In this document: positions 17,414-27,453 of the stretch, in pieces
Position numbering within the stretch: the stretch's first letter is position 1
Layout of the letters: each line of letters opens with the position of its first letter
NCBI GenBank assembly: GCA_036154955.1
Contig: JAYZWL010000106.1
Coordinates: forward strand, 7,053 to 71,052
From: Pseudomonadota bacterium
Lineage (GTDB): Bacteria; Pseudomonadota; Alphaproteobacteria; Rhodobacterales; Rhodobacteraceae
DNA length: 64,000 bases
Reading direction: 5' to 3'
The notes under the pieces: model-generated
Databases searched by the model: none
What the model was told of the DNA's origin: nothing
What the model saw: only the letters and a program-made list of their open reading frames with translations
Made by a program: the position numbers and the translations under genes

Positions 17414-18118
17414 TCAGTCGAAGGTCTCGTCCTTCGACACGCCCCACAGCGCGGTCTTGGGCAACCAGCCTTCGACCCCGTCCTTGTAGACCTCGCACCA
17501 GTCGCGCTCGCAGGCCTCCACCTTCAGCACCACGCCGGGCGCGGCCCGGGCCACCACCGGGGCCGCGGTCGAGGCGGTTTCGCGCAGATCCGCCTCCACC
17601 GGCGTCACCAGCGCGGTGCGCACGCCCGAGAGCATGGAGTAATGCACCCAGCCGAAGCCGCCCTCCTGGTCGCGCACCCGGCGCCAGTGGCCGTATTCGG
17701 CGATCACCTCCAGCGGCATGCCCTTGCGCACGAACACCCAGTCCACCCGGTGGGTCATGCCGGGGCCGCGGCGCACATTGGCCTGGGCGGCCTTGAGGCT
17801 GACGAAGCGGGGCAGGGGCAGGTCGGTGACCGGGCCGGTGGTCCGAACCGGATCGCCCGCAGGCTCGGGGCCGAGATCGGGGGCGCGCGACGTCATCTGC
17901 GGCTGGTCCGGGGGCGGGGTCGTGGCCTGGACATGCGCGTCGGGGGGCGGCGTGGCCGCGGCGGCGGAGGCGACCTGCGCCCAGCCGGCCCCCGCCCCGC
18001 CTAGGGCCCATGCCGTCGCCGCGCCGATGGCTAGCCCGCGGACGCCCGCGCGTTCCGCCGCGCGCTTCCGCGCCGTCGCCCGTCCGCCCATCCGAACGCC
18101 CGCCCGATCGCCTGTCAT
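17414..18118 (-). CDS. SH3-like (DUF1058) domain protein
   Basis: PLPRFVSLKAAQANVRRGPGMTHRVDWVFVRKGMPLEVIAEYGHWRRVRDQEGGFGWVHYSML followed by a second SH3-like repeat. The start is uncertain (ATG at 18118, 18091 or 18202). Confidence 0.7.
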   Translation of the reverse strand: MTGDRAGVRMGGRATARKRAAERAGVRGLAIGAATAWALGGAGAGWAQVASAAAATPPPDAHVQATTPPPDQPQMTSRAPDLGPEPAGDPVRTTGPVTDLPLPRFVSLKAAQANVRRGPGMTHRVDWVFVRKGMPLEVIAEYGHWRRVRDQEGGFGWVHYSMLSGVRTALVTPVEADLRETASTAAPVVARAAPGVVLKVEACERDWCEVYKDGVEGWLPKTALWGVSKDETFD

Positions 18119-18270
18119 CCGAAGCCTGCTCCGCTTCCCGCCGCGTCCGGGGCCCGCGTCTGCGCGCGGCGTCTCCGGACCTCGCGCGGGGCGACCGCTC
18201 AACCCGTGGACCCCGCGCCGGCTTTTGGTTAAGGCTATCGCATCCGCACGGCCAGGAGAAGCCCGAGACC

Positions 18271-19293
18271 ATGCCCGCCGAGTCCCGTCCCCTTCCGTTC
18301 CCCGGCGGCCGTCCGCGCGTCGTGGTCACCCGCAAGCTGCCCGAGGCCGTCGAGGCCCGGATGCGCGAACTGTTCGAGGTGGACCTCAACCTGACCGACG
18401 CGCCGATGAGCCGCGAGGCGCTGGGCGCCGCGGTGCGCCGCGCCGACGTGCTGGTGCCCGCGCTGGGCGACCGCATCGACGCGGGGCTGATCGGGCAGGC
18501 CGGACCGGACCTCAAGCTGATCGCCAACTACGGCGCCGGCGTCGACCATATCGACGTGGAGACCGCGCGCCGCCGCGGCATCCACGTCTCCAACACCCCC
18601 GGCGTGCTGACCGAGGACACCGCCGACATGACCATGGCGCTGATGCTGGCGGTCCCGCGCCGCCTGCGCGAGGGCGCCGCGGTGATCGAGGCGGAGGACG
18701 AGGCCGGATGGAAGGGCTGGTCGCCCACCTTCCTCAACGGCCGCCGCATCACCGGCAAGCGGCTCGGCATCCTCGGCATGGGCCGCATCGGCCAGGCGGT
18801 CGCCCGCCGGGCCCGCGCCTTCGGCATGTCGATCCACTACCACAACCGCCGCCGCCTGCATTCGGAGATCGAGGGCGCGCTGGACGCGACCTGGTGGGAA
18901 AGCCTCGACCAGATGCTGGCCCGCATGGACATCGTCTCGGTCAACTGCCCGCACACGCCGGCCACCTATCACCTGCTCAACGCCCGCCGGCTTAAGCTGA
19001 TGAAGCCCACCGCCTATATCGTGAACACCTCCCGCGGGGAGGTGATCGACGAGAACGCGCTGGGCCGGATGCTGAAGGCCGGGGAGCTCGCCGGCGCAGG
19101 CCTCGACGTGTTCGAGCGGGAGCCGACCGTGAACCCCGACCTCAAGGGCCTGCCGAACGTGCTGCTGCTGCCGCATATGGGCTCGGCCACGGAGGAGGGC
19201 CGGCTGGAGATGGGCGAGAAGGTCATCATCAATATCAAGACCTTCGCCGACGGCCACCGGCCGCCGGATCTCGTCGTGCCGTCGATGGTCTGA
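18271..19293 (+). CDS. D-2-hydroxyacid dehydrogenase (glyoxylate/hydroxypyruvate reductase-like)
   Basis: ATG at 18271 after AGGAGA. GILGMGRIGQAVARRA NAD-binding fold and NTSRGEVIDE...LDVFE...PHMGSAT catalytic motifs. Confidence 0.9.
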   Translation: MPAESRPLPFPGGRPRVVVTRKLPEAVEARMRELFEVDLNLTDAPMSREALGAAVRRADVLVPALGDRIDAGLIGQAGPDLKLIANYGAGVDHIDVETARRRGIHVSNTPGVLTEDTADMTMALMLAVPRRLREGAAVIEAEDEAGWKGWSPTFLNGRRITGKRLGILGMGRIGQAVARRARAFGMSIHYHNRRRLHSEIEGALDATWWESLDQMLARMDIVSVNCPHTPATYHLLNARRLKLMKPTAYIVNTSRGEVIDENALGRMLKAGELAGAGLDVFEREPTVNPDLKGLPNVLLLPHMGSATEEGRLEMGEKVIINIKTFADGHRPPDLVVPSMV

Positions 19294-19324
19294 CCGGGAC
19301 TCGGGCCGCGGCGCCGCCGGGAGG

Positions 19325-19358
19325 TTGACTCTCCAGTCAATATTAACTAAATGTGAAC
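19325..19358 (+). promoter_or_regulatory. Palindrome TTGACT-CTCC-AGTCAA plus a TTAA-N7-TGAAC (CtrA-box-like) element upstream of a small membrane-protein gene
   Basis: Perfect 6-bp arms at 19325..19340. TTGACT could act as a -35, with CTAAAT 16 nt downstream. TTAA(19343)-N7-TGAAC(19358) differs from the CtrA consensus TTAA-N7-TTAAC at one position. Confidence 0.25.
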
Positions 19359-19408
19359 GACACGAGGGCGCGTCTGGGGAGGCGCCTGTCCAGACGATGG
19401 GGATCGTT

Positions 19409-19705
19409 ATGGCGTTGAAGTTCGCGGGGGCCCCGGGAAGCGCAAGTTTCGCTCCCGGCGCGGGCCCGACTTTGTTCGAACAGTTGAACGACACCGTGCT
19501 GTCGATGTGGACCGGCGAGGTCGCCCTCGTGGCGACCGGTCTGCTGGCGGCGTTGACGCTGTTCGTGTTCCTGCAGTCGCATCTGCGCGGAGCCGGCGAG
19601 CGCAGGCCCCGACGGCGGGAGGCGGAGATCTTCCGCGCCGATCCCGTGTCGATGACCGAGCTGCGCCACGCGCGTATGCCCATCGCCGACCGCCCCCGCG
19701 CCTGA
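19409..19705 (+). CDS. Small hypothetical membrane protein (one TM helix)
   Basis: ATG at 19409 (MALKFAGAPG...) preceded by GGGGA; an alternative ATG lies at 19397. Hydrophobic segment VALVATGLLAALTLFVFL is followed by a basic tail. No family recognised. Confidence 0.45.
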   Translation: MALKFAGAPGSASFAPGAGPTLFEQLNDTVLSMWTGEVALVATGLLAALTLFVFLQSHLRGAGERRPRRREAEIFRADPVSMTELRHARMPIADRPRA

Positions 19706-19746
19706 CCGGCGTGCGGCCCCCCTTTTTCCGCGGGACGGATGTCGCG

Positions 19747-19769
19747 GGCCCCGGGCTTGACCCGGGGCC
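19747..19769. repeat. REP-like GC hairpin, copy 4 (GGCCCCGGG-CTTGA-CCCGGGGCC)
   Basis: 9-bp stem between convergent genes (small membrane protein and moeB). Confidence 0.7.
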
Positions 19770-19815
19770 TCTGGCCTGACGCGGGAAAGACGCCTCAGTC
19801 TTGGTGCGGGCGCGG

Positions 19816-20592
19816 TCAGCCGCCCCCGCGCTCGCGCTCGCCTCCGCCGCAGACCGGGCAGCCCGGCCGGCGCTTCACGCCGATGGTCCGCGCCTCGGCC
19901 CACAGCGCGTCCCAGATCAGCAGGCGGCCCGACAGCGCCTCGCCCGCGCCGACGATCAGCTTCGCCGCCTCCGCCGCCATCATCGCGCCGACGGTTCCGG
20001 CCAGCGCGCCCAGGACGCCCGCCTCGGCGCAGGCGGGGACCAGGCCGGGGGCGGGGCGCTCGGGGAAGACGCAGGCGTAGCAGGGGCCGCCCGCGGCGGG
20101 GTTCCACACCGAAAGCTGCCCTTCCCATTGCCCGATGGCGCCGGCGACCAGCGGCACGCCCAGCCGCGCGCAGGCGGCGTTGGCCAGGTGGCGGGTGTCG
20201 AAATTGTCCGACCCGTCGAGCACCGCCGCATGGCCGGCGAGGATCGCGTCGGCGTTCGCCTCCGTCAGCCGCTCGGTCACGCCCCGCACCTCCACGCCCG
20301 GGTTCAGCGCGGCCAGCGCCTCGCGCGCGCTGTCGGTCTTGGGGCGGCCGACGGCGGCGGTGGCGTGCAGCACCTGGCGCTGCAGGTTCGACAGGCTGAC
20401 CGCATCGTCGTCGATCACCGTCAGCCGCCCCACCCCCGCGGCCGCGAGGTAGAGGAGCGCGGGCGAGCCCAGCCCTCCGGCTCCGATCACCGCGACCGAG
20501 GCGGCGCGCAGCGCGGCCTGCCCGGGGCCGCCGATCTCGCGCAGCACGATATGGCGGGCGTAGCGTTCCAGCTCGTCGTCGGTCAGGGCCAT
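19816..20592 (-). CDS. moeB: HesA/MoeB/ThiF-family adenylyltransferase (molybdopterin-synthase adenylyltransferase-like)
   Basis: RYARHIVLREIGGPGQAAL...VIGAGGLGSP...NLQRQ and C-terminal CPVCG motifs. Confidence 0.8.
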   Translation of the reverse strand: MALTDDELERYARHIVLREIGGPGQAALRAASVAVIGAGGLGSPALLYLAAAGVGRLTVIDDDAVSLSNLQRQVLHATAAVGRPKTDSAREALAALNPGVEVRGVTERLTEANADAILAGHAAVLDGSDNFDTRHLANAACARLGVPLVAGAIGQWEGQLSVWNPAAGGPCYACVFPERPAPGLVPACAEAGVLGALAGTVGAMMAAEAAKLIVGAGEALSGRLLIWDALWAEARTIGVKRRPGCPVCGGGERERGGG

Positions 20593-21035
20593 GTTGGTCT
20601 CCGGAGGGGCGCGGGAGGGTCAGAGGTAGAACCCCGGCCGCCGGGCGCCAAGACCGGCCGGGGAAGGAGGCGCCGCGTCGCGCCCGCGCCAGGCCGCCCC
20701 CGCCCGCCCGCGGCGCAGGGCGAGGGGGGCGCCCGTCATCGCCGTCTCTTCCCCTCCGCCCCGCGCGCCCCGGCCAGCCGCCCGAAACGGTCCGGCCGGG
20801 CGCCCCCGGTTCCGCGCGCCGCGGCCGCCCCGCCGCCGCCGGCGCGCGCGCGACGCGGCGCCCCTTCGGAACCCGCGCTTCCCGACCTGCGGCCCCCGCG
20901 CCTCACCCCGCGCCCCACCCCTCCCGTCCCGCTTCGCGCCGGGTCTGCGAAACTGGACGCATCCCCCTGCGCACGGTATCTTTTCCCCGCGAGGCGCCGC
21001 GACCAATGACGGCGCCCCTACATGAGGCAAGGCAC

Positions 21036-22247
21036 ATGCAGCAGCCCGAGCGGTTCTCGGACCTGCCGGAATACGCGTTTCCGCGTCTCCGCGCGCTCAT
21101 CGAGGGCGTCGCGCCCGGCGGTCCATTGCTCCCGATGTCGCTGGGCGAGCCCCGGCACGACCTCCCCCCGTTCCTGGGCGAGGCGCTGGCGAGCCATGCC
21201 GACCTCTACGGGCGCTACCCGCCCAACGAGGGTTATCCCGAGCTGCGCGCCGCCATCTCCGGCTGGCTGCGACGCCGCTTCGACCTGCCCGAAAGCTGGA
21301 CCGACCCCGACACCCGCGTCTTTCCGCTCAACGGCACGCGGGAGGGACTGTTCGCCGCCTGCCTCGCGCTCGTGCCCGAGCGCAAGAACGGCGAGCGTCC
21401 GGCGGTGCTGATCCCCAACCCGTTCTACCAGTGCTACGCGGTGGCCGCCCTGACCGTGGGGGCGGAGCCGATCTACGTCCCGGCCGAGGCCGCGACCGGC
21501 TTCCTGCCCGACTTCGCGTCCCTGCCGCCCGCGCTGCTCGACCGGACCGCCGCGGTCTACCTGTGCTCCCCCGCCAACCCGCAGGGCGCGGTGGCGACGC
21601 TGGAGCAGTGGACCGCGCTGATCCGGCTGGCCGAGAAGCATGATTTCAGGATCTTCGCCGACGAGTGCTATTCGGAGATCCACCGCGGGTCGCCGCCGCC
21701 CTCCTCCCTCCAGGCCGCCCAGGCGATGGGCGCGGATCCGGAACGGGTGCTGGCCTTCCACTCCCTCTCCAAGCGCTCCAACCTGCCCGGCATCCGGTCC
21801 GGCTTCTGCGCGGGCGGGCCGAAGACCATCGCCGCCATGCGCAAGCTGCGCGCCTATGCCGGGGCGCCGCTGCCCGGGCCGATCCAGATGGCCTCGGCCG
21901 CGGTCTGGGCGGACGAGGCGCATGTGGACGCCTCGCGCGCGGTCTACATGGAGAAATTCGCCATGGCCGACCGCATCCTCGGCAACATGGAGGGCTACCG
22001 CCCGCCCGAGGCCGGGTTCTTCGTGTGGCTCGACGTCTCCGCCCGCCATGGCGACGGCGAGGCGGCGACCGTGAAGCTGTGGCGCGAGACCGGGGTGCGG
22101 GTGCTGCCCGGCGCCTATCTCTCGCGCCCCTCCCCCGACTGGCTGGGCGGCGGCGATCCCGGCGCGCGTTACGTGCGCATCGCCCTGGTGGAACGCCCCG
22201 AAGACGTGGAGCGGGGCCTGACCCTGATCCGCGACTGTCTCGGCTGA
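21036..22247 (+). CDS. Class I/II aminotransferase (DapC-like succinyldiaminopimelate transaminase family)
   Basis: [18 protein letters not shown]...[11 protein letters not shown]...NPANPQG...[15 protein letters not shown] (PLP lysine motif). The ATG at 21036 is preferred over 21006. Confidence 0.85.
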   Translation: MQQPERFSDLPEYAFPRLRALIEGVAPGGPLLPMSLGEPRHDLPPFLGEALASHADLYGRYPPNEGYPELRAAISGWLRRRFDLPESWTDPDTRVFPLNGTREGLFAACLALVPERKNGERPAVLIPNPFYQCYAVAALTVGAEPIYVPAEAATGFLPDFASLPPALLDRTAAVYLCSPANPQGAVATLEQWTALIRLAEKHDFRIFADECYSEIHRGSPPPSSLQAAQAMGADPERVLAFHSLSKRSNLPGIRSGFCAGGPKTIAAMRKLRAYAGAPLPGPIQMASAAVWADEAHVDASRAVYMEKFAMADRILGNMEGYRPPEAGFFVWLDVSARHGDGEAATVKLWRETGVRVLPGAYLSRPSPDWLGGGDPGARYVRIALVERPEDVERGLTLIRDCLG

Positions 22248-22263
22248 ACGGAGACGACGACCC

Positions 22264-25125
22264 ATGGCCCTGTTCTCCCGCTCCGACCTCGACGATTACG
22301 AGCGCGAGCCCCGCGACAGCTTCCTGCCCGAAAGCTGGACCGAGGCCCTGCGCCGCCGGGCGGCGGAGCTGGCGGGGCTGGCGCTGGCGGCGATCGCCTC
22401 CGCCGCGGCGCTGATGCTGGCGAGCTATTCGCCGGAGGATCCGTCCTTCTTCAACATGACCGGCGGCGCCGCGTCCAACTGGCTGGGCATGGCCGGGGCC
22501 TACGCCGCCGACCCGCTGATGCGCACGCTGGGGCTGGCGGCCTGGATGCTGCCGCTGCTGATCGGAACCTGGGGCTGGCGGCTGGTGACCCATGAGGGCG
22601 AGCACCGGGCCTGGTCGCGCCTGCTGCTGTCGCCGCTGGCGGTGCTGGCGGTCGCGGCGGCGCTGTCCTCCCACATCCCGCCCGAGACCTGGCCGCATCC
22701 CTACGGGCTGGGCGGGCTGATCGGCGACGGGGCGGGCCGCGCGCTGGCCGAACAGGCGCCCTGGCCGCTGGCGCTGACCATGCTGGTTCTGTCGCTGGGG
22801 CTGGCCTTCTGCGCCGCCGCGCTCAGCCTGCTCGCGCTCGGCGTGGACTGGGAGGAGCTGGGCGGGCTGCGCCGCTGGATGACCGGGGGCCTGCGCTGGG
22901 CGCTGGGCCTGGTCGCGCGGCTGGTGGTCCGGCTGACCTCGCGCCGGAGCAAGCCGGCGGAGCCCCGTTCCTCCCGCCTCGGCGCGCCGCCGCCGATCGG
23001 GGCCGCCGCGCGCCGCGAACCGGCGGTGGAGGAGGACGGGGACGGCTATGACGACGCCGCCCTTTACGACGACGACGATTACGACGACGGGGCGGACGAG
23101 CCGCGGTTGTCCGCCCGCGCCTCGGTTCGCGGTCCGGCGGCCGAGCCGGGTCTGCGCGCGGATGCGCGTCCCGAACCCCGTCGCCCCGAAGCTCCGCGCG
23201 CCGAGGCCCCCCGCTCTGACGCCCCCCGCCCCGAAGCGCCCCGGGCCGAGCCGCGCGGCGAGCCCAGCGTGATGGACCGCATCCGCAACATGGCCCGCCG
23301 GATCGAGCCCGCGCCGGCCGCGATCCATGACGACGATCCGGATATCGGCGACTGGGACGAGGACGACGACCGAGTGCCCGCCCCGCGGGCCGAACCCACC
23401 GCCCGGGTCGCCGCGCCGGCGCCCGTGACCTCCGGTCCGCGGGAGCCGGCCATGTCCTCCCGCGCGCTGGGCGACGACTACGCCGACGCCGCTCCCGCCC
23501 CGATCCCCGCGCCGGTCCCGCGGGCCGAGGTCTCCGCCCCCGCCCGCGCCCCGGCCCTGTCCCGCCGCGCCGCGGCCGAGGCGCAGCCGATGCTGGATTT
23601 CGACGGCCAGGCCAATGGCGGCTGGACCCAGCCGCCCCTGTCGCTGCTGCAGAACCCCGCCCGCATCGAGCGCCCCCACCACTCCACCGAGGCGCTGGAG
23701 GAGAACGCCCGGATGCTGGAGGCGGTGCTGGACGACTACGGCATCCGCGGCGAGATCGTGAAGGTCTCCCCCGGCCCGGTCGTCACCATGTATGAGCTGG
23801 AGCCGGCGCCGGGCCTCAAGGCCAGCCGCGTCATCGGGCTGGCGGACGACATCGCGCGGTCCATGTCCGCGCTCGCCGCCCGCGTCTCCACCGTGCCGGG
23901 CCGCTCGATCATCGGAATCGAGCTTCCCAACGAGATCCGAGAAAAGGTGCTGCTGCGCGAGCTTTTCGCCGCCCGCGCCTTCGGCGACGCCAAGGAGCGG
24001 CTGCTGATCGCCCTGGGCAAGGACATCGCGGGCGCGCCGATCGTGGCCAACCTCGCGCGCATGCCGCATCTGCTGATCGCGGGCACCACCGGCTCGGGCA
24101 AGTCGGTGGCGATCAACGTGATGATCCTGTCGCTGCTCTACCGGCTGTCGCCGAAAGAGTGCCGGATGATCATGATCGACCCCAAGATGCTGGAGCTGTC
24201 GGTCTATGACGGCATTCCGCACCTGCTGTCCCCCGTCGTCACCGACCCCAAGAAGGCCGTCGTGGCCCTGAAATGGACGGTGGCGGAGATGGAGGACCGC
24301 TATCGAAAAATGTCGCGCATGGGCGTGCGCAACATCGAGGGCTACAATCAGCGCGTCCGCGACGCGCTGGCCAAGGGCGAGGCTTTCACCCGCACCGTGC
24401 AGACCGGCTTCGACGAGGACACCGGCGAGCCCGTGTTCGAAACGCAGGAGTTCGAGCCGGAGGAGCTGCCCTTCATCGTCGTCGTGGTCGACGAGATGGC
24501 CGACCTGATGATGGTCGCGGGCAAGGAGATCGAGGCCTGCATCCAGCGCCTCGCCCAGATGGCGCGGGCCTCGGGGATCCACATCATCATGGCCACGCAG
24601 CGCCCCTCGGTCGACGTGATCACCGGCACCATCAAGGCCAACTTCCCGACCCGGATCTCGTTCCAGGTGACCTCCAAGATCGACAGCCGCACGATCCTGG
24701 GCGAGATGGGCGCCGAACAGCTGCTGGGCATGGGCGACATGCTCTACATGGCCGGCGGCGGGCGGCTGACGCGCGTGCATGGGCCCTTCGTGTCCGACGA
24801 GGAGGTCGAGGAGGTGGTCATGCATCTCAAGGCCCAGGGCGAGCCCGACTATGTGGGCGGCGTCACCGACGGGCCGGACGAGGAGCAGGCCTCCGAGATC
24901 GACGCGGTGCTGGGGCTGTCGGGCGACGAGACCGAGGGCGAGCTCTACGACCGCGCGGTGGCGATCGTGGCGCGGGACCGCAAGTGCTCCACCTCCTACA
25001 TCCAGCGCAAGCTGGCCATCGGCTACCAGCGCGCGGCGCGGCTGGTGGAGCAGATGGAAGAGCAGGGCGTGGTCTCGCCGGCCAACAAGGTCGGCAAGCG
25101 CGAAATCCTGGTGGGCGAGGTCTGA
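22264..25125 (+). CDS. ftsK: DNA translocase FtsK
   Basis: N-terminal TM domain, Pro/Ala/Arg-rich linker, motor domain ([27 protein letters not shown]) and C-terminal gamma winged helix ([21 protein letters not shown]). Confidence 0.97.
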   Translation: MALFSRSDLDDYEREPRDSFLPESWTEALRRRAAELAGLALAAIASAAALMLASYSPEDPSFFNMTGGAASNWLGMAGAYAADPLMRTLGLAAWMLPLLIGTWGWRLVTHEGEHRAWSRLLLSPLAVLAVAAALSSHIPPETWPHPYGLGGLIGDGAGRALAEQAPWPLALTMLVLSLGLAFCAAALSLLALGVDWEELGGLRRWMTGGLRWALGLVARLVVRLTSRRSKPAEPRSSRLGAPPPIGAAARREPAVEEDGDGYDDAALYDDDDYDDGADEPRLSARASVRGPAAEPGLRADARPEPRRPEAPRAEAPRSDAPRPEAPRAEPRGEPSVMDRIRNMARRIEPAPAAIHDDDPDIGDWDEDDDRVPAPRAEPTARVAAPAPVTSGPREPAMSSRALGDDYADAAPAPIPAPVPRAEVSAPARAPALSRRAAAEAQPMLDFDGQANGGWTQPPLSLLQNPARIERPHHSTEALEENARMLEAVLDDYGIRGEIVKVSPGPVVTMYELEPAPGLKASRVIGLADDIARSMSALAARVSTVPGRSIIGIELPNEIREKVLLRELFAARAFGDAKERLLIALGKDIAGAPIVANLARMPHLLIAGTTGSGKSVAINVMILSLLYRLSPKECRMIMIDPKMLELSVYDGIPHLLSPVVTDPKKAVVALKWTVAEMEDRYRKMSRMGVRNIEGYNQRVRDALAKGEAFTRTVQTGFDEDTGEPVFETQEFEPEELPFIVVVVDEMADLMMVAGKEIEACIQRLAQMARASGIHIIMATQRPSVDVITGTIKANFPTRISFQVTSKIDSRTILGEMGAEQLLGMGDMLYMAGGGRLTRVHGPFVSDEEVEEVVMHLKAQGEPDYVGGVTDGPDEEQASEIDAVLGLSGDETEGELYDRAVAIVARDRKCSTSYIQRKLAIGYQRAARLVEQMEEQGVVSPANKVGKREILVGEV

Positions 25126-25288
25126 TCCATCGGCGCCCCTGCGGGGCATTCCTTCCTCTCCGGCCCTTGCGGGCCTTCGGGTGGGCGCGGGCGCGTGGGG
25201 CGTTCTTCAATCCGCCGCGTCGCGTGGGCTGAAGGAAGGGCGCTTTTCTGCTGAGAAGGCCCCGAGGAGGGCCTTCCCCAAGCGTGAT

Positions 25289-25364
25289 GCGAGTCTTCGG
25301 CCGCCTCAAGGCCGAGCCGCCTGCGGCGGTCGCTTCGCGAGCCTTGACCCGACCGAAGACTCGC
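25289..25364. repeat. 12-bp inverted repeat GCGAGTCTTCGG...CCGAAGACTCGC enclosing further hairpins
   Basis: Perfect 12-bp arms 52 nt apart. An inner CCGCC-TGC-GGCGG hairpin is present. The neighbouring hairpin GAAGGCCC-N6-GGGCCTTC lies at 25255..25276. Confidence 0.5.
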
Positions 25365-25390
25365 GCGCCGGGGAGAGGGGCTGGGCGTGG

Positions 25391-26287
25391 CTAAGGGCGC
25401 GCGCCCATATGAGAGATGGCGCGGGCGGCGGTGGCGTGGGCCTGGGCGAGGGCGGCGTCGGCGCGCGCGCCGACCAGCCAGGCGGCGAGGAACCCCGCGG
25501 CGAATGCGTCGCCGGCCCCGGTGCTGTCCACCATCCGCGCGGGCGGTGGCGCGGCGCGCGCCACCGGGCGGCCTTCCGCCCAGACCCGCGCCTCCCCCGA
25601 CCCGTCCTTGATCGCGAGCAGCGGGAAGCGGGGGGCGAGGGCGGCGGCCTGGGCTTCCGGGTCCGTCTCGCCGGTCAGCGCCGCGGCCTCGGCCCGATTG
25701 GGGAAGAGCAGGCGAGCGCCGGCGACGGCCTCGAAGAAGGCCTGGGCGCCGATCTCGGCCAGGAACGAGGCGGAGCCCGGATCCACGCTCACCGCCACGC
25801 CCCGCGCCGCCGCCCGCGCGACGAGGCCCGAGACCGCCGCCCGCGGCCCGGGTTCCACCAGCGAATAGCCCGAGACATGCACGAGGTCCGCGCCGTCGAG
25901 CAGGGCGTCGGGCAGGTCCCCGGGCGCGAGCCGGTCATTGGCCCCGCGGGAGGTCAGGAAACTGCGCTCCCCGTCGGTCGGGTCCACAAGGGCCACCAGC
26001 GCGCCGGTGGGCGCGTCGGGGTCGGGGGCGAGGCGGGGGACGACGCCGGCGGCGCGGAACTCGGCCTCCAGCACGGGCAGGTCCGCGGCGCCGACCCGGC
26101 CGGCGAAGGTCACCTCCACGCCCAGCGCGGCCAGCCAGGCGGCGCAGTTGGCGGCCGAGCCCCCGGGGGCGAAGCGCACCTCCGCCCGCCGGTCGGCGCC
26201 GCGGATCGGCGGGCCCTCGGGCCGCACCAGCACATCGCGCATCACGTCGCCCGCCACCAGCGCGCGGCGGGCGGCGGGGCGGCTCAT
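25391..26287 (-). CDS. psuK: PfkB-family sugar kinase, likely pseudouridine kinase
   Basis: GGSAAN and DSTGAGDAFAAGF PfkB motifs. The start overlaps the psuG stop by 4 nt (ATGA). Confidence 0.65.
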   Translation of the reverse strand: MSRPAARRALVAGDVMRDVLVRPEGPPIRGADRRAEVRFAPGGSAANCAAWLAALGVEVTFAGRVGAADLPVLEAEFRAAGVVPRLAPDPDAPTGALVALVDPTDGERSFLTSRGANDRLAPGDLPDALLDGADLVHVSGYSLVEPGPRAAVSGLVARAAARGVAVSVDPGSASFLAEIGAQAFFEAVAGARLLFPNRAEAAALTGETDPEAQAAALAPRFPLLAIKDGSGEARVWAEGRPVARAAPPPARMVDSTGAGDAFAAGFLAAWLVGARADAALAQAHATAARAISHMGARP

Positions 26288-27213
26288 CCCGCCCGCCGGG
26301 CGGCGGAGAGCGCCACGGCCATCCGCGCCGCCAGCCGCGCGTTGGCGCGCACCAGCGCCACGTTGGCGGTCAGGCTGCGGCCCCCGGTCAGCTCCAGCAC
26401 CCGGCCCAGAAGGAACGGCGTGACCCCCTTGCCGCCGACGCCCTGCGCCTCGGCCTCCGCCACCGCGCGATCGATGAAGCCGGCGATCTCGGCGGCCGGA
26501 ATCTCGTCCTCTTCCGCTATGGGATTGCAGACCAGCATGCCCTTGCCGCCGACGCGGGCGTGGGCGGCGAAGGCGGCGGCGAGGGCCTCCGGGGTCTCCA
26601 CCCGCTCGTCCAGCGCGAGGCCCGAGGCGCGGGAGAAGAAGGCCGGGAACTCGGACGCGCCGTAGCCCAGCACCGGCACGCCCGCCGTCTCCAGGTATTC
26701 GAGGGTTTTCGGGAGGTCGAGGATCGACTTCGCCCCCGCGCAGACCACCGCGACCGGCGAGGTCGCGAGCTCCGGCAGGTCGGCGGAGACGTCGCCGGTC
26801 TTCTCCACGCCCCGATGCACGCCGCCGATGCCGCCGGTGGCGAAGACCTCGATCCCCGCCAGCGCCGCGATGCGCATGGTCGCGGCGACCGTGGTCCCGG
26901 CCGTCGCCCGGGCCGCGATGGCGGGCCCGAGATCCTTGGCCGAGGCCTTGCGCACCTCCGCCGGCAGGGCCGCCAGCGCCTCCAGCTCCGCGTCCGAGAG
27001 GCCTGCGCGCAGCGCGCCGTCGATCACCGCGACGGTGGCGGGCACGGCGCCCTGGGCCCGCACCTCCGCCTCCACCGCGCGGGCGGTGGAGAGGTTCACG
27101 GGGATCGGCATGCCATGGGTGACGATCGCGGTCTCCAGCGCCACCACGGGGGCGCCGGAGGCCAGCGCCTCGGCCACCTCGGCGGAGAGGCGCAGGTCGG
27201 GATGGGCGGTCAT
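26284..27213 (-). CDS. psuG: Pseudouridine-5'-phosphate glycosidase
   Basis: ATG at 27213 after AAGGAG. VVALETAIVTHGMP...GGIGGVHRG...DVSADL...VCAGAKSILD are IndA/PsuG signatures. Confidence 0.9.
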   Translation of the reverse strand: MTAHPDLRLSAEVAEALASGAPVVALETAIVTHGMPIPVNLSTARAVEAEVRAQGAVPATVAVIDGALRAGLSDAELEALAALPAEVRKASAKDLGPAIAARATAGTTVAATMRIAALAGIEVFATGGIGGVHRGVEKTGDVSADLPELATSPVAVVCAGAKSILDLPKTLEYLETAGVPVLGYGASEFPAFFSRASGLALDERVETPEALAAAFAAHARVGGKGMLVCNPIAEEDEIPAAEIAGFIDRAVAEAEAQGVGGKGVTPFLLGRVLELTGGRSLTANVALVRANARLAARMAVALSAARRAG

Positions 27214-27395
27214 GGGCGGCTCCTTGCAGTCATCGGCGCGAGCCATGCCGCGCCCCGCGCCCCGGCGCAAGCCGCGCTGCGCGGAGAGGGGGGGACGGCG
27301 CCGCCGGGCGCCCCCGGCTCAGGGCCGCGCGGGCGCCCGGTCGCGGCTCTCGTCCGGGGCGTCGCGCGGCCTCCCTCCCCGTCCCGCGCACGGGA

Positions 27396-27426
27396 ACGGA
27401 AAAGGGCGGACCCGAAGGCCCGCCCC
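27396..27426 (-). terminator. Rho-independent terminator after lpdA
   Basis: On the minus strand, GGGCGGGCC-TTCG-GGTCCGCCC (one mismatch) is followed by TTTTCCGTT, about 30 nt after the lpdA stop. Confidence 0.6.
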
Positions 27427-27453
27427 TGTCGTCCCGCCGCCGCCCCGCGGGCG

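Noticed and set aside
20620-21030. 136-aa ORF in the moeB/aminotransferase spacer.
   Set aside because: Its composition is almost entirely R/G/A/P, with no start context and no motifs.
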